Positions 52,701-64,000 of a stretch of DNA of 64,000 nt are shown in pieces. Position 1 is the first letter of the stretch. Each line of letters starts with the position of its first letter. The notes beneath the pieces are model-generated. The model saw only the letters and a program-made list of their open reading frames with translations, was not told the origin of the DNA and ran no database searches. The stretch lies in assembly GCF_009914755.1 (NCBI RefSeq), contig NC_060926.1. One strand, 5' to 3'. This DNA comes from the human T2T-CHM13v2.0 reference genome, Homo sapiens. The position numbers and the translations under genes were made by a program.

Positions 52701-53617
52701 ATGCTTAATTTGTGAAAATACAAATAGAGCAAGTATTGGACAATGAAAATTAAGTTTTATTCCTAACCAGTTTGATTCTCAGAGGCAACTTGCTTTAACA
52801 GTTTTTCCTGTATGTCCTGAGAAAGTGTAATATACATACATAGGCTGATAACCATACTCACGTTTCCTTTTGTTAGTTTATTTAATATAAATGGAAGCAT
52901 ACTGTAGCCACCTAGCTTTTTTTCCACTTACAATATCTTAAATATCATCCATATTAATATATATGTTTACACATAAATATTTTCAATAGCTGTGGTTAAC
53001 ATTTCACTGTATAAAAAATGTATTTTATCACCAACAACCGCCCAGCAGGGTAAAAGAGAAGGAGGCATCCTGAGCAGCTAATGTTCATGCTTATTGTCAA
53101 GATTAGCCATGGAAGTAAATGTAAGCCAGAGTGAGGTTCTGGATTTTTGCTAAATATAATTAAACATTTCCATATACACCACAGTATCTGAATGAAATTT
53201 AATTTTATCCCAAGGCTGGGGATGTGGTGGGAGGGGGGGGCGGGGTGGGGAGGTGGTGTAGCATCCAATTATAGTAATCAGCACATTCAGAAAATTTAAT
53301 TTAAATTTTTAACATAATTCAATATTTAAAGTACTTAAAATATATTTTTAAAATTTTATCTCTAAGTATACAGACAGAAAAGTGTGCTATTTGTGCTCTT
53401 TGAGAAATAAACATGAGAAATTTTAATGGTATTTTTATCATTAATAAAAATAGATTACTCAATAAAAAATATTTTAAAATTTAGGTTTAAGTGAATATTC
53501 AAATGTACATATTTTGGCAAATGATGCTTTATTATGATGTGAAATAGAAATAATGTGTCTACGATAGCATATTGTATCTATGTGTTAAGAACGTATTTAT
53601 ATAATTTGAAAACTCTA

Positions 53618-54144
<527 letters not shown>

Positions 54145-54438
54145 TCAATTGTGTTTTCAAAGTGACCCCTCAGTATATATAAGCCAAATAGAAGAGAAGC
54201 TAAAATTCTTCGGAACCACTGATTTTATTTAACTAATCCACTCTGTTGTATTCATCTGTATGGTTGGGAAAAACAACAAACTCTACACCCAGATAAAATT
54301 TCAAGTGAAAAAGGGGAAACTTCTCTTTCTTTATAAAATATGTTTACACAAGGTTTCAATAGCTCATCAAATTTACAGTCGATGATATCTTAACCTGCCT
54401 GACACAAAGCACCAGCCAGGAAAGGCCTGACCACCTAC

Positions 54439-54555
54439 ATGTCAATGATGTTATGGCTGCCTCAGGTGTCCCAGGGCACTCAAAGACAGAGGTTTCCTCC
54501 ATCAGTTTGGGCGCAGTGCACTGCTCCTGACTGGAAAGCCCAGGGTGAAAGGTTT
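54439..54555 (-). CDS. COBLL1: COBLL1 cassette exon (117 nt, symmetric)
   Basis: Acceptor ttggcAG|AA, donor ACAT|GTaggt. Phase 1-1. Reads (E)TFHPGLSSQEQCTAPKLMEETSVFECPGTPEAAITSLT. A second in-frame acceptor lies 18 nt upstream (exon start 54573). Confidence 0.8.
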
Positions 54556-55778
54556 CTGCCAAAGAAGTAGAATCTGTAGAAATGGCACTTAGACAACAGA
54601 GTTAAGGCAAGCAGAGACCAAGAAGCATTTTGGAAGAAATCAGATTTGTTAGCTCACAATTATCCATGCATTAAATAAGAAGAGGTAAAAGGAAAAAAAC
54701 AAATGAAGAAAAACAGATATGAAGCAAAGTTTGAATAGCATGCACTCCTTTTTATAATATTTCAGTGACTTCTAATTTCACTCAACAGTTGTAATTGTTA
54801 TTATTCAATACATTTCCTTTGTGGAAAAAAATGGTGCCATTTATATTATTCTGAGTAAAAGCTGAGAAAAATCATTACTAGTTATCTGAGAGTAAGATTT
54901 AAAATCACAGAGGAGTGAAGAATTCTTACATATATATGCTAAAATTCCAAATTCTTAAATACCACTTAAAGATGAAAGATTCAAGAGTGTTCCTCCTAAA
55001 TGTTTCCTGTATTTGGAATATAAATTATAAAAATCAGGCGAGTCATATTAAGCATTTTTTATACTTACAGAATTATCCCCATGATAAAGTCCTAGCATAA
55101 TCATATTCTATTTTTGGTATGATATTACTAGTCTATCACATTCATTGATGTCTAATAGTAACTCTAAAGATTAAAACATTTTTATCATACTTCTTAGAAA
55201 AGCTACTAAGTAGCTATTATTAAAAACACTGGAAAAGTATTACTATAAATTATGTAACTTGTAATGGAATTTTGTTTGGAAAGAATCCTAGAGGAGAGCC
55301 ATATACTGCAACAGAAAACATTTTCATGGTAACAGATTTTTACCATTAGAGTAGGGTAACTTGTATGTTGAGTTCATACCTAGAACAGTTGCATCAAGAA
55401 ATTGTGCTTACACTTTCCTGTAAGTTTTCTTCTGCACACACCAAGGTACATTCCTAATTACGGTGTGTCATTACACTTGGGAAGGAGGTTAATAAATGTT
55501 AACCTGATACTGCATAAAGGAAAGCAGGAGACCACATAGAAAAAGTACTCAAGGACAATTCCAGAACTGAAATTTTGATCTCTGCCAGCTTCATACTCTA
55601 ATTGGGTTGAGGGGCAGAGGGGTGGGGGCAAGAATTTATTTCATAATAAAAATTTGGGAAATGAGGCCAAAGAATCTGTATCTCTTTCATGTACAAAGCA
55701 TCGCAAATGGACTCATTTCTCAATTATCATGGACGTCCTTTTTCAGTAATTACACCATGTAGAATAAGGGTGTCATAC

Positions 55779-55853
55779 CTGGGCTGGATAGCTCCTCAGG
55801 AGAGTTTGCTTCTGAAGCACTGTCTGGAGGAACTCCATCTACTGGCTGTAAGG
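55779..55853 (-). CDS. COBLL1: COBLL1 coding exon (75 nt)
   Basis: Acceptor cctttAG|CC, donor CCAG|GTatga. Phase 1-1. Reads (A)LQPVDGVPPDSASEANSPEELSSP in frame with the neighbouring exons. Confidence 0.93.
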
Positions 55854-56286
55854 CTAAAGGAAAGAAGCAACACAACTTATAAAGTCATATTCACAAATAA
55901 AACAATTCCTTAACAGTTTAACTTAGTTATATAGTTCAGAAAGCAGTAAGCCTTGCTAGAAGCCATTTTACTATCTAGCTGTAAAACACTAAAATCCACT
56001 TAGACTCCCTTTTCTACATACAGCTAATCCTGAAATGGCAGCATCTTTCTGAATAAATTCACAGATTATGACATGCTCATCTTAGGATAATGGAGCTGTA
56101 TAATTTTGACACTTTATTTGGTGATGTTTCAGATTTTTAAACGGCAGCAAAGTGAGACTAATCAAGATGTATTTAAAAAGCCTAAGTATTATTTAAAAAG
56201 CATAACTTACATACCCATATCTTTCCTACTGTCCATATTAAACAAAACACAATACAAATGTAATGTTAATGAAACAACCACATTAC

Positions 56287-56440
56287 CAGTCACACGACTA
56301 TTTTCATCACTTTGATGCGGGGGTATTTTGGAGGGTGGGGAAGGTGCTTTTCGCTTTGTCCTTCTCAAAGATGAATTCCCTGCAGACATGCTGCTGAGCT
56401 GCAGTGAACCTGCCCTCACTCTTCCTGCTTCACAGGGACT
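56287..56440 (-). CDS. COBLL1: COBLL1 coding exon (154 nt) containing a KRAP motif
   Basis: Acceptor ttttccAG|AGT (AG = plus 56441-56442), donor ACTG|GTaatg. Encodes [51 protein letters not shown]; KRKAPSPP is the COBL-family KRAP motif. Phase 0 to 1. Upstream exons lie beyond the window. Confidence 0.95.
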
Positions 56441-57082
56441 CTGGAAAACAAAATGACCAAATAAAATCCTACATTTAGAAATCAGTAGCAAACTTTAGGA
56501 AGACACTGAACTTTACGTCAAGCACAGGATATATCCAAATGGAACATAACAGTCATTCCTTAAAAACGTTTATGAAGCATCTGCCACACACAGAAGCTGG
56601 GCTATGGGATAGATATGTAAAGAAAAATAAAATACGGCCTTTCTCAAGAAACTTGGGCTAGAATGGGAAACTGCCACACAAACAACTAACTGTAATGTAG
56701 AGGACTCATAAGTAACAGAGTTAAAACCTAACTTTTAAAGAAAAATCTGGAGACATTAAAAGGAAGGGATGAAAAAGGGAACATTATTTGTATAGTAGTA
56801 TTTGGCTTGATTAAATCTACCTCTTTACAGCTGCAGTGTTTCAGTGAGGAACACTGCAAAAATCTATATGTCTACCTGAGGCCAGGTCCTTCAAGGTCAC
56901 CTACTGCAAAGAGCTACTGCTCACACTCCTAGCCCGTGACTGTCAGCAGACCCTAAGACATCCTCCTTCAGCAGGGGTCAGTGCCTCCTGACCAAATGCC
57001 ATGTCATCTTTGCTCTTTGCCTTTACCAAGAATGAATGAATGAATGAATGAACGAATAAATAACTATTTAAAAGAGTTGTTC

Positions 57083-57511
<429 letters not shown>

Positions 57512-58485
57512 CTATGAAGAAATCTGTGGCCACTTCTCAGAACTCACTTATGAGACCTATTAGCAACATTAAACAAAGCTGACCACCCTCCTAAAATACA
57601 TTATTTTTCTTCCAGGAGACCACATTTCTTACTCTCTATAGATCCGTACTCTCTGGCTACTCAGTTTTCTGTGTCTGCTTCTCTTCATCTCCTGATCAAC
57701 ACTGGTGTGACACAGAGCGTGGTCTGTGAACACATTCCATTTAGTATCTCTGCTCCCTCTCCAGAGGATCTCATCTATTCTCTTTATGTATTATTTGCAT
57801 GCTGATGAATTCCAAATCCACGTCTCTATCTTGGACCTCTGTTCTGATCTCCCCTTAATGTCTGAAGCCTCTTCAATTTAGCATGTCTAAAACTGAGATC
57901 ATGATGATTCCTCTTTATCCCTCTGCCACATCCTATTCTCACAGCCTTCCCTGTCTTAGTAAAGAACAAGTCATCCTTCCATTCACCCTCATCTTGTATC
58001 TGTCACATCTCACACTGAGTCAACCCTTTTTTCCCTTCCCTTAGAAGACATCCAACATCCAGCTTAACTGCTACTATGTTGTCTGACTCATCATTAGGAA
58101 GTACCTAATTAGACTCCATCTCCACATTGTTTCCCTATAGTCCTTCAACATAGCAGCAAAAAGAATCTGCTATCTTTAAATAAGATCAGAAAAAAGGATC
58201 CTATTAAAATGTAAGCCAGATTAGGTAACTTTGGTCAAAACCCACTAATAGTTCCCTTTATAAGTCCATTAACAACCCGGTGTCTAGCTTTCTCTGGCCT
58301 CTCCTTTGGTAATGGAATGGCTCACTCCACTCCAGCCACACTGGCCTCTTTGCTGCTCTTCAAATGTGCCGGCAGAGTTCCTCCATCACAGGGTGGTCAC
58401 CCTTACTGCTCCCTGTGCCTGGAATGCTTTTTCTTCTGATAACTCGGTGTCCCTTCATTTTCTTCAGGCCATTTCTCAAAAGTCA

Positions 58486-58775
58486 TTTTTTTTTTTGAAA
58501 CAGAGTCTCACTCTCCACCTAGGTTGGAGTGCAGTGGGTGACTTGGCTCACTGCAGCCTCCACCTTCCAGGTTCAAGTGATTCTCATGCCTCAGCCTCCT
58601 GAGTAGCTGGGATTTCAGGCATGCAATATGACACCTGGCTAATTTTTGTATTTTTAGTAGAGATGGGGTTTCACCATGTTGGCTAGGCTGCTCTCGAACT
58701 CCTGACCTCAAGTGATCTGCCTGCCTTGGCCTCCCAAAGTGATGGGATTACAGGCATGAGCTACCATACCCGGTC
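58486..58775 (-). mobile_element. AluS-type SINE within an L2 remnant
   Basis: Full Alu; L2-like flanks from about 57420 to 59047 ending in ttgaatgaat. Confidence 0.9.
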
Positions 58776-60770
58776 AAATGTCATCTTTTCAATGAACTCC
58801 TCCCTGACTCCCAACATTTCTTATCCCTGCTTCCTAGATTTATTTCTATGATGAGCATTTAATTGCTCTCTAACATACTATACAGTTGACTTATTTGCCT
58901 TGTACATTGTCTGCTCCCACTGGGGTTGACCACAGAGGCAGAGATTTTTTTCCCCTACTATTTCACTCACTGCTGTATGTCCAGAACCATGTCTGGCTCA
59001 CAGAGGGTTCTAAGTAAATACTCCTTGAATGAATAAAAAAATGAATGATATGCTGCCATCTTCATTTGTAAATAAAAGACCTTGACATACTCAGACCAGG
59101 GGCACGTGTAAAGCTTGGGGCATTCTAGTCTTACAAGACAACGTAGGTACCTCTAAGGGAAGTGAACTAATTCATAAGATATTTTTCAGTCTTTATGCCT
59201 TGCTACACACCAAGAAAAATTTGGCAAATTTACTATTTTGTAATTTTTTAATATACCTGCCAGAGAGAAAGGGAAGCCTGCCCCCAAAGAAAAGGGTTTG
59301 AGTTAGCCATGCTCTTTGCCAACTGTGTTAGGTACTAAAGAGGAAGGCAGGTCACTTCAACAGGGAGAGAAACATTTAGGTCTACAGTGGCAGGAGCTTC
59401 ACTGAACAAACCTCTCATAAACCCACTAACTGTGCCTCATAACAGGGGGGTGCGACAAGGTGGCACCAGGGAGATTTTACCAACAGTTGAAATGTTAAAC
59501 TTCTCTCCTACTAGTTGGTAAAGAGCTGCCTCCAACCCCATCCCATTACTCTGATTCCTCCTCCAAAATTCTTCAGATTTCTCTATAATCCAGCAAGAAA
59601 TGAGTTAAAGCCTGCCACCCAAACTCAGATTCTGTCTCAGAGTCACTGAAGTCAATTCTGACTAAATATTATGATCATCCTGACTGGGGTAGGCATGGGG
59701 GTGGATTCTCAATGGATGTTTGAAATAATTCAAAACAAGGGCCCGCTGCAACAAAAAGGTAAGAAAGAAGTGCACCAAGGAGTTGCCAGTATTTAAATAT
59801 TGTTTTGAATAGAATATAAAGGTTAAATAGAAATCTTTCTACTGATAATGCCCTTCTGTTCTAAAACTTTCCCTTGATATCTTAAGAGTAACACATTTAG
59901 GAAACATCAGAAAAAAGGCCAAAAGTTCTCCCAAAAGAACATGGCCCTTCACTTTAAAAAAATAATTGTCTACAAATCAAAAGCAGTAGAAGATGTGATT
60001 TTATTTCTCGGATTTACTTCTGTAAAGCCCTATTAAAGCCATGCTCCACTCCTATGGCAGATCTAGTTTACCAGTAAGAATGCAACAGGTGATCAATAAG
60101 TGGTAGCTTAAAGCATGAAGCAACAAGAGCATTTGATTTTCCTCCCTAGTTCCATGTTTCCCTTGTTTCAACTGATTGCTTTCATGAGGTGTATAATAAA
60201 AATGTGTTCACCTTTAGGTCACATTCCTAATCTTTGTCACTTACTGGTCTTTTCCATGATAAAAGCAGCCATGACATGAATTTCTCAATGAGAGTATCTA
60301 CTTGGGAGTTAGAGCTCTTATATTTTGGTTATAATAAAGCAGACAGTATAGAAATAAAAATGGAGGAATATACACAGACTCACAAATTTTTATGAGCCTA
60401 TTCATAACTAAAGACAGAATAACCATAGACTCATATATTTCATTATTCAGGCTAGAGGTCTTAAAATAAGCTAGCTTTTTGTAAAACAGAGTATTTATAT
60501 TTTTATGGATAAAGAATTTAAAATTTGTCAAAACAGACATATTTCAGTTTTATAAATGCTAAATTTTTTTCAACAGCATTTATGAAGATAACTGGGGGAA
60601 ATGCATATTGAAAACACAAAGCCATGGACATCAGGGGAAGCATTTATTTTACAACCCTATTCTGTGACATTCACCACCCTTACCATGTTGTGCATGGGTA
60701 TCATGATGGTAAATGGATATGCATTACTAAAGCTGAAATTTGAATTAAAGAGGCTAAGAAAAAAGACATT

Positions 60771-61080
60771 GGCTGGGTGCCGTGGCTCACGCCTGTAATC
60801 CCAGCACTTTGGGAAGCCAAGATAGGTAGAATATCTGAGGACAGGAATTTGAGACCAGCCTGACTAACATGGTGAAACCCCGTCTCTACTAAAAATACAG
60901 AAATTAGCCGGGTATGGTGGTGTGTGCCTGTAATCCCAGCTACTTGGGAGGCTGAGGCAGAAGAATCGCTTGAACCCGGGAAGTGGAGGTGCAGTAAGCC
61001 AAGATTGCGCCACTGCACTCCAGCCTAGGCAACAAGAGTGAAACTCCATCTCAAAATAAATAAATAAATAAATAAAAATA
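60771..61080 (+). mobile_element. AluS-type SINE
   Basis: Full Alu with (TAAA)n tail; TSD aaaaagacatt. Confidence 0.93.
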
Positions 61081-61901
61081 AAAAGACATTAGAGGAAAGT
61101 GAACATGATTGTCACTAATTGATACGACGTACAATTATGTGGTCTGTCATAACTGGAACTTACGCTGTTAATAATGGTTAAAACTTATTAAAGTTGAGGA
61201 CAAAATGTAAATTTAACAACTGGTATAAGTCGTGCAAAGGCAAGAGTTTTGAAGAAATAAGAATAGTGAGTTTAGATAATAACCAACAGATTAATGAAGG
61301 ACAGAAATGTAAATTTTCTTTTGAAATATGAGTAATATTCATATTAACATTCAAGGAAATAGCTTAATATATATATTTTTTGTTGTCATAAGACACAGAG
61401 GCAAGAGGTTTTATGAAGACTCTTGGAAAATAATTTCAATTATTTAAGAAATTGCCAAGGGAAGTTAAGATAATAAAAATCAAATAAAAATCAAATTGTG
61501 TGTTAACTAAAACATCACTCTTAACACAAAATGGAAGAACAACTGGGACTTGAGAAAGAGATGTTCTACATCTACTAAAAAACCTTCTCTTGGGGAGGCG
61601 CGGTAAAGTCTGCAGGAAAAGAAGGGACATTTAAGTTAGGAGACTTCGATATTTCTAAATAGACTGTAGCCAGGAAAGCACATGTATACACTGGGATTTA
61701 CGGAGAATATACATATCTAACATGCAAGACTGGAGAGGCTCCAAACCCAGGAATGACTAATGCTAAAAGCAGCCTTACTAAACTGCCACAGCATTTAAGT
61801 AATATTTAAGTAATACACATCATGAATTTAGAATGCTGAAAAATTAAATTAAATTAAATTAAAAGGCTGGGAAGACCACTGATCCCTAAGCAGCAGCATT
61901 C

Positions 61902-62196
61902 TTTTTTTTTTTTTTGGAGACGGAGTTTCGCTCTGTTGCCCAGGCTGGAGTACAGTGGTGCGATCTCAGCTCACTGCAACCTCCGCCTCCCGGGTTCAAG
62001 CAGTTCTCTGACTCAGCCTCCCGAGTAGCTGGGATTACAGGCAGCCACCACCATGCCTGGCTAATTTTTTGTATTTTTAGTAGAGATGGGGTTTCACCAT
62101 CTTGGCCAGGCTGATCTTGAACTCCTGACCTTGTGATCCACCTGCCTCGGCCTCCCAAAGTGCTGAGATTATACGCGTGAGCCACTGTGCCCGGCC
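61902..62196 (-). mobile_element. AluS-type SINE (Sg/Sc-like)
   Basis: TSD agcagcagcattctt on both sides. Confidence 0.93.
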
Positions 62197-64000
62197 AGCA
62201 GCAGCATTCTTAAGCTGTATTTTCTTCTGTGCACTTTAGGAGTATGCTCCAAAGAGTCTCCCAATAGTTCTGCTCTTGCATTCATCAGAGCTAAACTACC
62301 CACTATTTCTGAATCTGAATTTGTCTAGTTGGAGAGAGGCTTACAGAGAGTTTGCAAGGTAGAAGGCGACCCACTACAATGATTCCCAAAGAAATGGGTT
62401 TTGGAGTCAATACAAGCGGTTGAACCAGGAAACATGCCATTTATTGTCTCTGTGACCTTCGGCCTCCTCATTCATGAAAAGGAAAAGTACTAGCACCTAT
62501 GTCAAAAGGGGCTGGGATGCTTAAATGAAATATTATATGTAAAATACATAGCACAGTGCCTAGCATACAATACATGCTTCATAACCATCAGCTGATATTA
62601 TTACATGCAATTTGTCTGTTTTAAAGTACATGAAAGTGTTCTGCAAATAAAATAAGAATTATAGTTATACAGATGTTGGAGTAAAAAGCATAGGTAAAAG
62701 GAGGTATTTAAGATTGTACTCTCTGGTGACTGTGTTGGTAAGAGTCCTATTGGAATCAGTCTCAGTAATAATTAACCTTAAAACTCAACAGTGCCCAATG
62801 TTCAGGAACCAATGCTTAGTCTACTGTATAAACATTCATTGTGGGTCTAAAAATCTCCACCTTTGAGTCAACTCAGGTCTCTTCAACATACTTTAAAGGA
62901 CTTTAATAAAAGTTAAATATTTAACACTACTTTGTTGAATCAGTGATGAATTCATGGATATGTATTATAGTACATACATTTGAAATGTCTCATAAGCAAA
63001 TTTAATGTGAAAAATTAAAGAACCATTTATAACTGTCTTCAGCTTTTACTACCAACAAACATTTACTTTGTTCAAATTATGACTACATTTTAAAAAGTGG
63101 TAGAGATTAAAATTTATTAAGTCTAAAGGCTTTACAAAATGAGAAAACACAGAGGTTTCTACTTACTAGGGGAAACTGCTTTGGTTAATCATTAGAGATG
63201 TTCAATTATTTACTTTAGTTAGAGTCACTGATAAGTCTGCTTGCCATTAATGAAAACTGCACTTCTAACAGGAATGCACATCACTGAATTTTATGGTCTG
63301 TAAAAAGGAAAATACCACAAGGAGAAACAGAATCTACTAATGAAAGTGGCAAGGTCAGGTTGAAAACCATGCCAGATTGTTAATCCCCCAGAATTCACAC
63401 CCAGATCAGAATTTCCTGATTCAAAATCCAACTAAATTTAGCTGAAGAAAATAGAATCAAACGGCATTCAAGAGATTTACTGAATACTTGCTCTGTACTA
63501 GTTATTAGATCACTTATTAATCATAGTTGAATTATAAAAAGTGGGTCATTGAAATTGACGTATCCTGGATTAAAGAGTTAAATGAAAGAATACATATGGA
63601 AAATAAAAACACTCAGGGGATAGAAACATAGAGGCTCAACTTCAATAATGTTAAATGTTTCTAATAGAATCTGTTGGTTCTGTTTATGATTTTCACAGGT
63701 GGAAAAGGGTGGGGTTAGTGGAGAGAATGTAAACAATCCCTTGAAATTGTCTTAAAACTCATGTTTTGTTTTTCAAGGGAAAGACTCACATTATTCTTCT
63801 CCAACCTGGACATTCACAATAAACACTATTAAATAGTATAAAATATCTTATAAATTGACATTAATTTATGGTATTTGCTATTGTGTCCCAATAACTGAAC
63901 TTTTCATATATCTGAGGGTCAAGTTTTAACTCTTAACTCTTGATGGAAGAATGTTAAAAAATTTTTACAACTTAGACAAGCAAGTCAATTTTAAAGTGTC

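Noticed and set aside
61436-61630. Possible extra COBLL1 exon after a good-looking acceptor (ttcttttcctgcag)
   Set aside because: I found no clear in-frame donor and the peptide does not resemble COBL-family sequence.

Overview
This is human (primate) genomic DNA, not prokaryotic. The window holds the 3' half of COBLL1 (cordon-bleu WH2 repeat protein-like 1, 2q24.3) on the minus strand. Eight coding exons (56440 down to 37282) splice in frame with GT-AG ends and encode a KRAP motif and the C-terminal WH2 domain, followed by the 3' UTR. About 31-36 kb of repeat-rich downstream sequence, towards GRB14, fills the left side. Repeats include an old L1M, MaLR/ERVL LTRs, a near-full-length Tigger1, MER5/MER53 MITEs and many Alus, one a young AluYb8. 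Three L1-mobilised retrocopies are present: a HERV-W processed pseudogene, a tailless 35-nt U2 snRNA fragment, and a SNORA70-capped, partly spliced RPL10 retrocopy in sense orientation in the last COBLL1 intron. The haplotype appears to carry COBLL1 Asp939 and the T allele at the intronic POU2F2 site (variant IDs recalled from memory, to be verified). I found no CRISPR array, rRNA, tRNA or clearly new multi-gene system. The most unusual signals are the SNORA70-RPL10 insert (a possible snoRNA source and cryptic terminal exon) and a locally templated insertion inside an Alu. Repeat subfamily names come from visual recognition and their boundaries are approximate unless a TSD is given.
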